Shown piece after piece: positions 10,101-20,033 of a stretch of DNA of 64,000 bases. The notes beneath the pieces were generated by a model. It did not search any database. It was not told the DNA's origin and saw only the letters and a program-made list of their open reading frames with translations. The DNA is from a virus. Position 1 is the first letter of the stretch. The number at the start of each line of letters is the position of its first letter. The position numbers were made by a program, and so were the translations under genes. Location: the IMG/VR virus record IMGVR_UViG_3300031603_000001, positions 32,001 to 96,000 of that record; one strand, 5' to 3'.

Positions 10101-11247
10101 GAACTTGGCTGACGAAACAGGGGATTCTAATTATCAAGCGTACAGACCGGTAGTTGAACATCACATGGCCACCAGTCACACCAACATTATGCAGAATGAA
10201 ATCATTGCAACAGCAGAGCCTATTAGCAATAAAGTTACAGTGTATTACCCAGAATCAAATGCATTGTCTGATATTAAATTAAGCCCAAGTGAGTGGCCTA
10301 AAGACGCAGACCATAGACGCTCGTCAGTACTATCTTATGAGATAGATAACAATTACATTAGAGAGTACGTTAGCTTCCAGCGTAACGCTTCCGAAGATAT
10401 AAACGTATCCTTTACAGCATTAACAGAGAACCAAACCGGAGATGCGAGAAACGCTTTACCTATAGCTCAGCGTTTGGCGGACACCATCTTGTTAAATCAA
10501 GTAAAGCCTATGTATCAAGGCAATCTCGTACTCACAGGAGACCCCACCATTAAACCATGGCACGTGGTACACATTGTTGACATGGTTAATCAAATGGATG
10601 GGGTGATAGAGGTAGAGCAAGTTGTACACAATTATGACGCACACACAGGCTTCACTACCACCATAACTCCTAATTTGTACTGTACGCTTCGTAGCAACAA
10701 AGCTATGATTGATACCCAACTTATGAACTACCATGCACAAGCCTCATCCTTTATTAGATGGACACAATCAATAGTGAAAGGTGCGTGGACAGGCCTAAAC
10801 GTAGCGGGTGCCGGCTTCAGTGCTGCAGGAGTTTACGGAGCAGTGACCTCTGCGGGGTCAACCGCAGCCACAGCCGCAGCTACAGGAACAGCTGCAGCCA
10901 CAGGAGCAGTAGGTATCCAAGCCGGAGCCGCTGCTGCAGGGGGCGCAGTGTTCTGGCCAGTAGTTGTAGCAGCACTTGCTATAGGTTCAGCAACTTTCTG
11001 GGATAAATATCAAACAATGAAAATTACCCAATACGTTAACTCTACATTATTACACCATGGTAATGCTCCAATAGTAATGGCGTACCTCCACTACAGGAAC
11101 CGCCCGTACATAGCAGGGTTAGAAGGGGTAACCTCATTGAATAAAGATTTAGCAACAATCGTCTATGACAAACTAGACAAAGACCCAACCAATGCCGACG
11201 TACGAATGGGAGCACTGGGGCAGGTCGATAACCTAACCGGGAACTAA
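7150..11247 (+). CDS. Baseplate hub protein (T4 gp27/Mu gp44-like) with large insertions
   Basis: IRMGYG...FLGTITEV...LEIQAQSFG and C-terminal LVLTGDPTIKPWHVVHIVD...GVIEVEQVVHNYDAHTGFTTTITP are typical hub motifs. It precedes spike, gp25 and J. Confidence 0.65.
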   Translation: MVDIQPRYQNPATEGDGANPATAPPQRTWLNNFNTEDYTSWLKEVADSVRNNYPDFDFREDVVATYKSGGTPIDSHKLLHPAWYLASRSYTGPLDQVKTYLNKLRLYYQGTIGALFSTSAAAALHDRKDVLRKWLADEAGKGLQDEFHALLATGLKAGKSIVTESPFARGTTPVDYFNPNVFDSIDTILDDEHPFNKSGDGIAGEIDVTLTTSQLFNITLAYKLETYYAVQAVLASSLNVGSVSITVAGTNATLHTSDNLYKAIPDYKALFTLINNLSSNPANQATTIASLESITATTDSKNALNTPLGSVLRDLHLEITDLCTNGTMEAAIQPLGFLDIDAATLNVELDKQLALMKNNDWEDNFIKAFPTYRLFIIEEDTNQLRLFDDFYSYDAVQSITVVESKHAASSTAILKLSNVTGRLSTAGIEEFLYDHDNPAPLSSIQLRSGTKIMIRMGYGPDYRNLPVSFLGTITEVVPGPVLEIQAQSFGAELLHEFTTELEGTADAHDSMGQVVMTVLDQTPGLKHFGRWQLQQNQLDEKTTSGKTLSDAYKVANFAYLTGMLIQDFNLGALDMIGINPSQSGGLVAAADFINAWQQNTNAHAMLLNFGNDLYQNIYVNNKNPRLYGFLRFVSQLEVDGGGKLNWYIDNQSTWSALWELATHHGDYIVRPLIYNEGMSLFSGNQVRNTLYFGPREGTYKAFDTPYHLKSDDEISEGFATLYRGYTDAERADLPAQAAINAYKPGTTANALFTDKSYPHTYIQIPGKGKHHDPECTCLLPGPSNPLPSEVEAMTLIAKLTKGNLADAEIHRIRDLNRVQNDVFSLPRAIGSGVAESIDLLLGRPSELEYEGNMIFEIMKGYAPKLAEFGKAHLESMMDVEQGRATATTIDTPLDLFVAATPIGNLNMFMHIIAGGNPGRFTQGSHPTVGYILENQVEVAFETKEAYLEQWYTALRQDIPLIIANSTALGITPSLSEHPGLSHLKNLADETGDSNYQAYRPVVEHHMATSHTNIMQNEIIATAEPISNKVTVYYPESNALSDIKLSPSEWPKDADHRRSSVLSYEIDNNYIREYVSFQRNASEDINVSFTALTENQTGDARNALPIAQRLADTILLNQVKPMYQGNLVLTGDPTIKPWHVVHIVDMVNQMDGVIEVEQVVHNYDAHTGFTTTITPNLYCTLRSNKAMIDTQLMNYHAQASSFIRWTQSIVKGAWTGLNVAGAGFSAAGVYGAVTSAGSTAATAAATGTAAATGAVGIQAGAAAAGGAVFWPVVVAALAIGSATFWDKYQTMKITQYVNSTLLHHGNAPIVMAYLHYRNRPYIAGLEGVTSLNKDLATIVYDKLDKDPTNADVRMGALGQVDNLTGN

Positions 11248-11248
11248 G

Positions 11249-12547
11249 ATGGCAGATACTCAATTCCAAGAAGTGCTAGCACGTGTAAAGGTAGTAAGAC
11301 CTGATGGTATAATGGTCGACACACAACGTACTCATTGCTGGGGCATTGTAAAAATGAGAGGCAAAGACGATATTAACCCACGTGGTTCATATTATATAGT
11401 ACCGTTCTTTCCAAGGAAGATTAATGACCTGACTAAAAGGATTCAGTCAGGGCAGGATATACTACTTGATATTACCGTAGCACTGCCTCACATAGTATTA
11501 CACAGTGGTCTCAAAAAGAACGAAGTCTACGCAACTGAACGTTCAGAACTAGACTCACGTATAGCAAAGCTAGAGACTAACGCAGACGCATCACGTAAAG
11601 CTATTGAAAAGCTTTATGAGGAGAACTCACGGTTCTCAGGACATAGCTGGGACGTAGTAGCAGAGCGTGTAGAGGACTTCCAGAAGTCTATAGAAAAGGA
11701 TGAAGCAGAGCTTGAAGCCTTGACTAAAGAATCAGGATTCTTAGATACACCAGAGCGCGTATTAAGTCACGCTAAGTACATTGTAACACAAGTAGTATGG
11801 GAGTTGAAAGAAGCGGAAGCCCGCTTAGCGGCCGTACCCTTAGGTTCCCCTGACTACGTGTTCAAAGATCACCAAAATAGGATACTTATACTCCAAAGTA
11901 AATTACTGGAAGTACAACAGGATGTATTCCTAGCAGATAACACACTGGTTGATCAGCCAGTGGAGCCTACACTATTGTACACAGATCCCTTCGCAAAATT
12001 AACTACAGCAGAAGTAATAGCTCTGATTACCAAAGCAGTACTAGCAGACACTGTGACCAAGCACACTGTCAACCATAAGCCCCAAGGGTTTGTAGTCACG
12101 TTAGAAGACAGAGTGTTTAACGTTAACCAAACTGGTAATGTATTTAAGCACGATACGTCAACGACAGACATAACAGTACTTGATAGCCTCGGAGACGGTA
12201 AAATCATCACAGGCGATGAAGCCCTATCCATGGCGCCTAAAGGAATTCGCACCGCAGCCGGTGCATGGGACCATAAAGGCGTAGCCTACACCATTCGAGA
12301 TGACGGGTTTATTGTCATGGATGGTATACAAGAGATAAAGACTACTGCCTCACAAACCAAGGGTATTGTAGACGAGAACAGTCTTAGCCCTTTCTTCCCA
12401 GAGACAATAGTTACCTGGCCAGCAGCAATGAAATGGCTTCCGGCATTGGATTTTATCATCATGATTGGATGGAAACTAGCACAGTTTACTATGATAATCA
12501 CAAACCTATTAGATCAATTAGATCAAGCTAACAAAGAACGAGGATAA
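11249..12547 (+). CDS. Putative baseplate central spike (gpV/gp5-like)
   Basis: Syntenic position between hub and gp25-like gene. Beta-rich N-terminus, coiled-coil middle, short repetitive beta-strands in the C-terminal half. Confidence 0.4.
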   Translation: MADTQFQEVLARVKVVRPDGIMVDTQRTHCWGIVKMRGKDDINPRGSYYIVPFFPRKINDLTKRIQSGQDILLDITVALPHIVLHSGLKKNEVYATERSELDSRIAKLETNADASRKAIEKLYEENSRFSGHSWDVVAERVEDFQKSIEKDEAELEALTKESGFLDTPERVLSHAKYIVTQVVWELKEAEARLAAVPLGSPDYVFKDHQNRILILQSKLLEVQQDVFLADNTLVDQPVEPTLLYTDPFAKLTTAEVIALITKAVLADTVTKHTVNHKPQGFVVTLEDRVFNVNQTGNVFKHDTSTTDITVLDSLGDGKIITGDEALSMAPKGIRTAAGAWDHKGVAYTIRDDGFIVMDGIQEIKTTASQTKGIVDENSLSPFFPETIVTWPAAMKWLPALDFIIMIGWKLAQFTMIITNLLDQLDQANKERG

Positions 12548-12549
12548 AC

Positions 12550-12993
12550 ATGCAGACAATGCTTTGGACAGCAGACGGAGACCTAGCACGTGGCTCAGCT
12601 GATGAGATCATCTCAGGCTCTGGACCAACAGCATTAACAAATCACATCTACTTTCTCTTAAGGCAGGCAGCAGCTGGGTTATCTTCTGGATTTAATATCC
12701 TTAAGTATGTAGGCAAGACTCCTACTCCGGTACGCTTAGGTGAACTACGCACAGAGCTAAGCACCTTCCTAAATGCAAACTTAAATATGCCTGAACCTGT
12801 ATCAATAGTAGTGAATAAGCTTGATAAAGCTATAATAACCATTGCTATATACTCAACTCGTACAGGATCAACCTCTACATCCTCAAGCTTCTCGTATAAA
12901 AACGGAAGCTGGAATATAGACACCCCTATACTATTAAATACGAATCCGGCCGAAGAGCCAGACAACATTCCTAATACACTATTGGATAGATAA
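12550..12993 (+). CDS. Baseplate wedge/sheath initiator, gp25/gpW-like
   Basis: 147 aa with N-terminal TADGDL motif, immediately upstream of baseplate J. AGGA RBS. Confidence 0.55.
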   Translation: MQTMLWTADGDLARGSADEIISGSGPTALTNHIYFLLRQAAAGLSSGFNILKYVGKTPTPVRLGELRTELSTFLNANLNMPEPVSIVVNKLDKAIITIAIYSTRTGSTSTSSSFSYKNGSWNIDTPILLNTNPAEEPDNIPNTLLDR

Positions 12994-12995
12994 CC

Positions 12996-14138
12996 ATGAT
13001 ACCATCAATACAAACCCTAAAAGACCGCATAATTATACAGTTTCAAAATGGAGGGTTCCCCAAAGCAGGAGAACCTAACACTCCTGAAACTATGCTAGTT
13101 GATATGCTAGCACAGCAACAATATGAAGGGTATGTACAGCTGGACAGGCAGCTTATGAAAGCTGACCCAAGCAACGCGGTAGGCATCCAGTTAGATGAAG
13201 CAGGCGAATTTCGTGGCATACCTCGTCGTACGGCACAAGTGGCCATCGACATAACCCGCAGTAACGTATACTTCTTCCTAACTGATGGAGCTACAGTGCC
13301 TTTGACAGTTGGTAGAAACACCAATATTGCCACAGAGAAGGGCATCACATACTTAACCACTGAGCCTATTACCATTACAGCATCTGGCTACGAAAGCAGA
13401 CAATACGTAAGTGTACGTGCCGCAGGAGAAGGCCCTAACTACAACATCCAGGGCGGAGAACTCACCACACACGGTGTAGCCAATGCTCAGCTAAGAGTTA
13501 ACAACTTCCTACCTATCGAGACCGGCGCATCTACTGAGACAGACGAAGAGTATAGACCACGTGTACTGCAGAGTGACGCAATCGTCCGCGGAGGAAACTA
13601 CCCCGCACTAGAAGCACAGCTTCGTAGTATTCCAAATGTAGCTGATCTACGTATAATACCATTAAAATATGGTATAGGAACAGTGGGTATTTTCGTTGAA
13701 AGTACCAACCCTATAACAGGTCCGGCTCTACTAGCACAAGTGCAAGCAGAAGCGGAAGTAGCAGTGGACGCAGGTACACGCATCTTCGTTGAGTGGCCAG
13801 AACATTTATTCTTTCAAGCAGAGCCTGAGCTCGTACTGCAAGCCGGAACAACACTGGCTGGTGTACAGGCCCAAGTCAAAACTACCATGGTATCTTATAT
13901 CAATGGCTTAAAGCGTGGGGAAACTTTAGTATACAAAGCTCTTGAATCTCAAATCATTCAAGTTTCCGGAGTACTAGATGTGAGCTTCCGCTCAATACAA
14001 CGTGGAGTATACGACTTAGGTAAGCAGGACGTAACATACCTACAAGATATAAGCCCATCAAACCTACCAGCATCTTCTTTACAGAAGTGGGTAACAAGCG
14101 CAGAGCGTCTCACGGTCTGTGTAGCAGGGACTAACTAA
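12996..14138 (+). CDS. Baseplate J-like protein
   Basis: AVGIQLDEAGEFRGIPRR, YLTTEPITI, VRAAGEGPNYNI, GASTETDEEYRPR and VGIFV are hallmark Baseplate_J segments. Confidence 0.85.
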   Translation: MIPSIQTLKDRIIIQFQNGGFPKAGEPNTPETMLVDMLAQQQYEGYVQLDRQLMKADPSNAVGIQLDEAGEFRGIPRRTAQVAIDITRSNVYFFLTDGATVPLTVGRNTNIATEKGITYLTTEPITITASGYESRQYVSVRAAGEGPNYNIQGGELTTHGVANAQLRVNNFLPIETGASTETDEEYRPRVLQSDAIVRGGNYPALEAQLRSIPNVADLRIIPLKYGIGTVGIFVESTNPITGPALLAQVQAEAEVAVDAGTRIFVEWPEHLFFQAEPELVLQAGTTLAGVQAQVKTTMVSYINGLKRGETLVYKALESQIIQVSGVLDVSFRSIQRGVYDLGKQDVTYLQDISPSNLPASSLQKWVTSAERLTVCVAGTN

Positions 14139-14140
14139 TC

Positions 14141-17100
14141 ATGCCAGGACGTGGAGTATACGCAGCAGCTAACGCCGCCAAACGAACGAATACATGGGGC
14201 CTTCTTACAGAAGATTCTATTCTTGTACAACCGTCGCGTATACTAGGGCAAGAGGCTGAAGCATTTGGCCACGTAGCAGACGCACAAATAAGTGCAGCCT
14301 ACAGTCACTTAACACGTCCCTATACAGCACGTGCGTGGTACAAATACCCGGCAGATGGGGTAAATGGGGCGTCTTACAATAGTGGAGTACAGTTAACTGG
14401 AGACGGCAAGACTCTACGAGAGACCACCACCTTACTTGACTTTAAAGAAGCGCCTCCAACATCGTACGAACATACAGCTGATTGGGTTGAAGCATTAGAT
14501 CTGTCGGCACTGACAGGGTTATCTATACTTGACTTCCACTACGTACGTAATTTACAAACTGCATTAACGGATGAAGGACAGGACGCAATAGTACTGCTAG
14601 CGGCAGGAACAGGCACCCTTGACCCTGCCTATCATATTTATTATGAAGATGGAACAACACATAATATACGCATACCATCAAGACGTAATAATTTTGAATC
14701 ATTAGGGTCTGACGAGAGGGTAAACGAAGTGGACTTTTCCTATACCCCTATACGTACACTCGACCCACGAATTGATAACGCTAAACTACTTGACCTATTT
14801 AGAAGTGATTCACACGAGTCCTACGACCAAAGTATTGCCCAATTCACGTCAGCAGAACTGCCTGTACCCGGGGCTATAACAGGCGAAGTTGTTAAACTAT
14901 CAGAAGTAGTGCACATAGATGACGGATTTCCTACAGGCACTTCAAACCCACTTGGAGGCATAGCAGATTGGTCATGGTCAGACGAAGGCTCTAATCCACC
15001 TGGCTACTTCTTTGTGGCAGGAGGCAGAGCTGTCTATAGAGAAACTATAAACCAGCCCACAATTGTTTACATGTATCACGACGATCCAATCGCCGCAGTG
15101 ACAGGCGTTCCTATAACAATAGACTTCGATTTACAAGGCGAACAATTAGCAGACCAGAATCCTAGTACATCAAACGAACCACGTATTGAGATGTACTTTG
15201 CCACAGAACTTCCTACGCCCACAGTCCCTACAGCCTTACTGGCAACAGTAGAGGAGACTACTAGCGAAGGTTATGATAGTTGGGTAGCAAACAAGTTTAC
15301 TATCGTTAACAATGCAGACACCCACTACACGGTTACGTTTACACCAACAGAGACGTCTGAATGCTACTTGATATTTAGAATGACAAAGACGATATCCAAT
15401 ATCAGCGCTAACGTTACTATGTTCTTAGATGACATATTAGTTAATGCTATCATACCACCAGTACCGTCCATAGTGACAGTACCTTCTACTGCATTCACTT
15501 TTAATACAATTACAATACCTGGAGCAGGTCGTTTAGAAAACGAACATTGCTGGGTAGATTCCACCGCATTACTTCATGTTAAATTTGATACAACAGAATT
15601 AACAGCTCAGTTGACTTCCACTTCTATATCATATAACGTAACAGCAACGTACGATGGCATTACCTTATCTTTATATGTAAACGGAGTACTACGCAACGCA
15701 ACGGCCTATGTATCATCCGGTGACCTTGATCTAACTAGCATTGCACAATGGGGCTCTACATCAGGAATCGTTGGCCCAACTTCTTATTGGAATAAAGCAT
15801 GGACACCCGCAGAAGTATTATTCACTAATGCATACCCGGGAATACTACCAATACATAGCCTAGGGTCGCAGCTTACTGAATCAGATATATTAGCTAACTT
15901 CACGTTCCAAGAACGAAGTGGCCAAACACTACATGACGTGGCTACAGGGACAAACAACATTGATTTAAGCAACTGGACATTTACATGGACTGAGTCAGAC
16001 TTGCTGCCTAGTTTTGCCAACTACAGTTACATTAAACATGGACTTGGTGTGTACGCCGCACAAGTAATACCGCTACCTGATATATTACAAGACACAATGA
16101 CAGTAGAAGTTAACTTCAGCGGAGTAGCAGCTAACGGTACTATACTTCACCTATACGGTGACGCCGATAATGAGCTCAAATTAATATCTAGTACAGCCGG
16201 GGCCAATATGCACTTGTCACATAAAGCGGACGGTACTACAGTAGTCACACCCGTACTTGGAGTTACCGCAGGTACTGCATACACTGCTCGGATACGTAAA
16301 GCCGCAGGCACGTTATATCTTACCATAGGTGTCGCTACTAGATCTAATGCAGTAGGAAACTTCAGAGCATCAGCCGCAGAAATCCACTATGGTGCCGATA
16401 AGACCGGCGCCGACAGTGTAAGCGGGGAGCACAGCATCAACCTAGTGGCCATAGCACCAGGGATTAACTGGACTAAGCCCATTAAGGACGATGCTAGCAA
16501 GCGGCCGGCTGCTTTCACACAGCAATGGGCTAATGATGTGTACAAGGGAGAGTTACGTAACCTTGTTAACAACTCATACCACCTAACGGTTGCCTCCCAA
16601 GATGCTTTCTCCTACATACCTGCAGTGAATACAGGCTACTGGACATACGCAGTTCCTATCACAAATAGTCCAGCGGCCTTCTACCACACTCCATATTTAA
16701 TAGACGGAGACCTGTTCCCTGTATACCCAGGTAACGTATGGGCAATGCAGTATGATTACCTTCCAGTAAAATCACCTGCAGCATTCTCTCCTAAAAGAAG
16801 TGGCCACGGTTACCGGCAGAAGACCGGCGACGTCTTTGAAAACGTCACTACAATTCTTAACACAGCCGACGGTAACACAGCTAAGTTGTATTACCGACAA
16901 CTGTCCCGCTTACGTATTGAAATAGAAGATCCCCGTATTCAAACAGGAACACAGTGTGTTATAGAAATAGAAGGTACCAAAGTAAGCACAGTAGAATGGA
17001 CAGACTCTTCTGCAGACTTCACTGATAAAATAGTAGATGCTAATCTATCTAAGCTAACAGCAGATATGGTTAAAGTATACAAAGCCTCTGCCCCTGTAGA

Positions 17101-17878
17101 AGCTACTGTTACAGTTGATGATAAATCGATACATATCACTGCTATTGATGATGGAGTACTTTCAGTAGTGATAAGCTACAGATCCACATCAGCGGCCACT
17201 AAGACAGCAGTCCGAGCTGATGGAAGCTTCGCAGTTATACAATTAGCAGCGGCCGACTACAGCGCATACCCATCTTCCCGTGGAGTAACAGTTACCGGCG
17301 TAACCTTAGAAACAGCATTCACGTACTCCATGCCAACATCTAGTCCGCAGGAGCATTACATAGATGAAGCCTTTAGTAATGTATACGGACAGGTTGGCAC
17401 AAATGGTACTGACACACATCTGGTATTCATGCATGCGCCAGATGGCGAAGTAGCCTACACACGTATTCACATTGAAGACACCCCAATTAGTACACGATAT
17501 TTTTACCACCATTGGGCTATACTTAGTAGCAACAACAGCATAGCCTGTTACTCAGCAAGTAACCCTGGTAAAAGGAAATGGAGCTACGCGCTTCCGGTAA
17601 GACCTACTGCCAGTTATGTTCCTCATTCATTTGAGTTTACTCCACAAAATGATATGTATGTACTTTACAGTGATGGTACCGATTTTGAACTTAAAAGCTT
17701 TACCCCTAGATACGACTATGCAATAGTCTTTCAAGAACCAGATACCGACGACACGGATAAGATTAAGCTGACTATATTCACACGTTACGAATACGCTCAG
17801 TTACAAATCGACTTAGATGGTACACCTGAGACAACTAAAGGGTACCTACTATACGCAGAAGGCCCTGAACTAATATGA
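14141..17878 (+). CDS. Large tail/baseplate protein with concanavalin A/LamG-like and carbohydrate-binding-like domains
   Basis: ATYDGITLSLYVNGVLRN...IAQWG...YWNKAWTPAEV is a LamG signature. Thr-rich beta composition; follows baseplate J. Confidence 0.55.
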   Translation: MPGRGVYAAANAAKRTNTWGLLTEDSILVQPSRILGQEAEAFGHVADAQISAAYSHLTRPYTARAWYKYPADGVNGASYNSGVQLTGDGKTLRETTTLLDFKEAPPTSYEHTADWVEALDLSALTGLSILDFHYVRNLQTALTDEGQDAIVLLAAGTGTLDPAYHIYYEDGTTHNIRIPSRRNNFESLGSDERVNEVDFSYTPIRTLDPRIDNAKLLDLFRSDSHESYDQSIAQFTSAELPVPGAITGEVVKLSEVVHIDDGFPTGTSNPLGGIADWSWSDEGSNPPGYFFVAGGRAVYRETINQPTIVYMYHDDPIAAVTGVPITIDFDLQGEQLADQNPSTSNEPRIEMYFATELPTPTVPTALLATVEETTSEGYDSWVANKFTIVNNADTHYTVTFTPTETSECYLIFRMTKTISNISANVTMFLDDILVNAIIPPVPSIVTVPSTAFTFNTITIPGAGRLENEHCWVDSTALLHVKFDTTELTAQLTSTSISYNVTATYDGITLSLYVNGVLRNATAYVSSGDLDLTSIAQWGSTSGIVGPTSYWNKAWTPAEVLFTNAYPGILPIHSLGSQLTESDILANFTFQERSGQTLHDVATGTNNIDLSNWTFTWTESDLLPSFANYSYIKHGLGVYAAQVIPLPDILQDTMTVEVNFSGVAANGTILHLYGDADNELKLISSTAGANMHLSHKADGTTVVTPVLGVTAGTAYTARIRKAAGTLYLTIGVATRSNAVGNFRASAAEIHYGADKTGADSVSGEHSINLVAIAPGINWTKPIKDDASKRPAAFTQQWANDVYKGELRNLVNNSYHLTVASQDAFSYIPAVNTGYWTYAVPITNSPAAFYHTPYLIDGDLFPVYPGNVWAMQYDYLPVKSPAAFSPKRSGHGYRQKTGDVFENVTTILNTADGNTAKLYYRQLSRLRIEIEDPRIQTGTQCVIEIEGTKVSTVEWTDSSADFTDKIVDANLSKLTADMVKVYKASAPVEATVTVDDKSIHITAIDDGVLSVVISYRSTSAATKTAVRADGSFAVIQLAAADYSAYPSSRGVTVTGVTLETAFTYSMPTSSPQEHYIDEAFSNVYGQVGTNGTDTHLVFMHAPDGEVAYTRIHIEDTPISTRYFYHHWAILSSNNSIACYSASNPGKRKWSYALPVRPTASYVPHSFEFTPQNDMYVLYSDGTDFELKSFTPRYDYAIVFQEPDTDDTDKIKLTIFTRYEYAQLQIDLDGTPETTKGYLLYAEGPELI

Positions 17879-20016
17879 CAATTATAACCATACCAAAAGC
17901 GAATGCGGAAACATATACCAATGCAAAACTAGGACTGAACATTGAACAGTTCACTAAAGGCATACCTGAGCCAGTAACTTCTGTCTACTCCGTAATGGAG
18001 CTGAGTGATATACTCACACGTATGACTTCCGGCAGAACAGATGCTACCATACAGGGACTGGTCAATTCCTTTGCAGCCTTATTTAACACAACGTTATATC
18101 GTGCCAATGAAACCCGTGGAGTTGTCATACAATACCCCGCTGATCGTTTCTTTAGATTAAAGAAGTTTAACCCAGCAGTTCCTGGCACCCACTTGGTTGG
18201 TACCCACCTATACAACTTTGATTCAAACGGTAATTTTGTAGTACCAGCCGTTCCTCTTATCCCCTCTGGAGCATATGGTGATACAACATTTATCTATGGC
18301 CAACCGGATAAGCGAATAACAAATGAGACTGTAAAGTTCTCAATGTACATGGACGGCGATACCACTAAATCTATAGATTACACCCTTAACACAGTACCAG
18401 GTAAAGAAGATCCAACCCTGGACCAAATAGCAATCTACTCACTCAACGACCCGGAGACAGTACGTGACATATTCCTCAGACTACCAGAGTCGGCACAGAT
18501 ATATGATCATATAATGTCCGCAGGAGGGTACGGTTTTACTTGGGGAAGATTCAAGTGGGATACACATCGCTGGGATAATCCTAAGCCAGGTGGGTTATAC
18601 CCGTCTAAGTTTGACAGTGTGTCCGCAGAGATAGAAGCTACCGCAGGTCTTCCTACCAAACACCACAATGGTGTACTTAATGTGTACAAAGATCTTGTAA
18701 TACAAGATACGCTATCTGCAGAAGACTCAATACAAGTAACAGCGGGTTACTTATTATGGGGTGGTATTAAAATATACTTAGCAGGTTACTGTAACTTCTT
18801 ACCGGACACATCAGTGGATCCAGTTAACTTAGCTGACGCAGTTACAGCTGCAGCGGACGACGATTATACAGAGACTCTGGTCATAGATCCTGGCACTCGC
18901 AACCTTATGGCCCCTACAACTGTCATCACAGATACACCTTTATCGCTGTACACAGATGACTCCGCGGCCTTACCTGTAGAAACAGTATTAGCAGCGGCCA
19001 CAGCAGGAACGTCACCGTGGACATTTGTAGCAGTTGAACAACTCTACCCGTCATTAACTTATGGAGTTGAGAAATACTCAGCCCTTGATTCAATAATAGA
19101 TAACGGACTAGGCGCTACTGTGACAATAACTATAGCAACCAATACCGTAAATGTTACAACAGGAATGACTAAGCCAGTGGCCGGAGAGTACATAAAAGTG
19201 TACGCAGAGTCACATGCAGTGAACTCTGGCCTGTCCCTTGATGCAGCTTTGGCTGGAGGATACTACCCTATTTTCCAACACCCTTGGAAACTTCAGGGAC
19301 TAAACTCTGTTATAGATTTTGATCCTAATGCACTTGATTTTATAGCACCAGATGGAACTAGCCTCTCACGAGTAGTTCTTCCTAAACAAATAGAAGAAGT
19401 AGAAGACCCAGGCAGTCTACTAGACTCGTATCTAGATGATCTTAATACAGAGATGGCTTCATGGCCACTAGGTTCATACGATCCAGACACAGGGGCAACC
19501 GCAGGTAAGCTGTGCTACACAGAGACTGAAGATGAAGACGGCATCGTCACCCTTAAGCTACGACACTCGGAGCTAGAGTCATACAGCGCTGACGAAGTTA
19601 CTTGGGTATATGATCAGAAGGAAGACGGGTTATTAAGTACAGGCATTCCAAAAGACAGTCAGAAGTACGACCTTGGCCATACTATACTATCCTTTGAAGA
19701 TGTAGGTACTCTAGCTACAGCGGTAGTAGAAGCATCTTCCCCCGTCTCTGCCGCTACACAAGTTATCACATTAGTAATTAAACCAATTGATTCACGTGGA
19801 AACCGTATGTCTGGAGTAGACTTTAAGGTCTCGGGCATTACTGGTGTAGATACCACAGCAGTACATCATTCCCGCCTCGACGGACTTTTATTTATACCCC
19901 TCACTGTACAAGCCTTTACCAGTGGAAAGCAGACTATAGCACCCGTCTTAACACATTATGTAGGCGATGATATACAGACTGCCATAACATTGAGTATAGC
20001 GCTCTACGAAGCCTAA
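17875..20016 (+). CDS. Tail/baseplate structural protein
   Basis: 713-aa ORF translationally coupled within the structural operon; beta-rich, acidic. Confidence 0.5.
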   Translation: MTIITIPKANAETYTNAKLGLNIEQFTKGIPEPVTSVYSVMELSDILTRMTSGRTDATIQGLVNSFAALFNTTLYRANETRGVVIQYPADRFFRLKKFNPAVPGTHLVGTHLYNFDSNGNFVVPAVPLIPSGAYGDTTFIYGQPDKRITNETVKFSMYMDGDTTKSIDYTLNTVPGKEDPTLDQIAIYSLNDPETVRDIFLRLPESAQIYDHIMSAGGYGFTWGRFKWDTHRWDNPKPGGLYPSKFDSVSAEIEATAGLPTKHHNGVLNVYKDLVIQDTLSAEDSIQVTAGYLLWGGIKIYLAGYCNFLPDTSVDPVNLADAVTAAADDDYTETLVIDPGTRNLMAPTTVITDTPLSLYTDDSAALPVETVLAAATAGTSPWTFVAVEQLYPSLTYGVEKYSALDSIIDNGLGATVTITIATNTVNVTTGMTKPVAGEYIKVYAESHAVNSGLSLDAALAGGYYPIFQHPWKLQGLNSVIDFDPNALDFIAPDGTSLSRVVLPKQIEEVEDPGSLLDSYLDDLNTEMASWPLGSYDPDTGATAGKLCYTETEDEDGIVTLKLRHSELESYSADEVTWVYDQKEDGLLSTGIPKDSQKYDLGHTILSFEDVGTLATAVVEASSPVSAATQVITLVIKPIDSRGNRMSGVDFKVSGITGVDTTAVHHSRLDGLLFIPLTVQAFTSGKQTIAPVLTHYVGDDIQTAITLSIALYEA

Positions 20017-20033
20017 CACACAAGGATTTAACA

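Noticed and set aside
14000-14162. 14-bp direct repeat ACGTGGAGTATACG (14000-14013, 14149-14162)
   Set aside because: Both copies are coding (RGVY), and a few 14-mer repeats are expected by chance in 64 kb.
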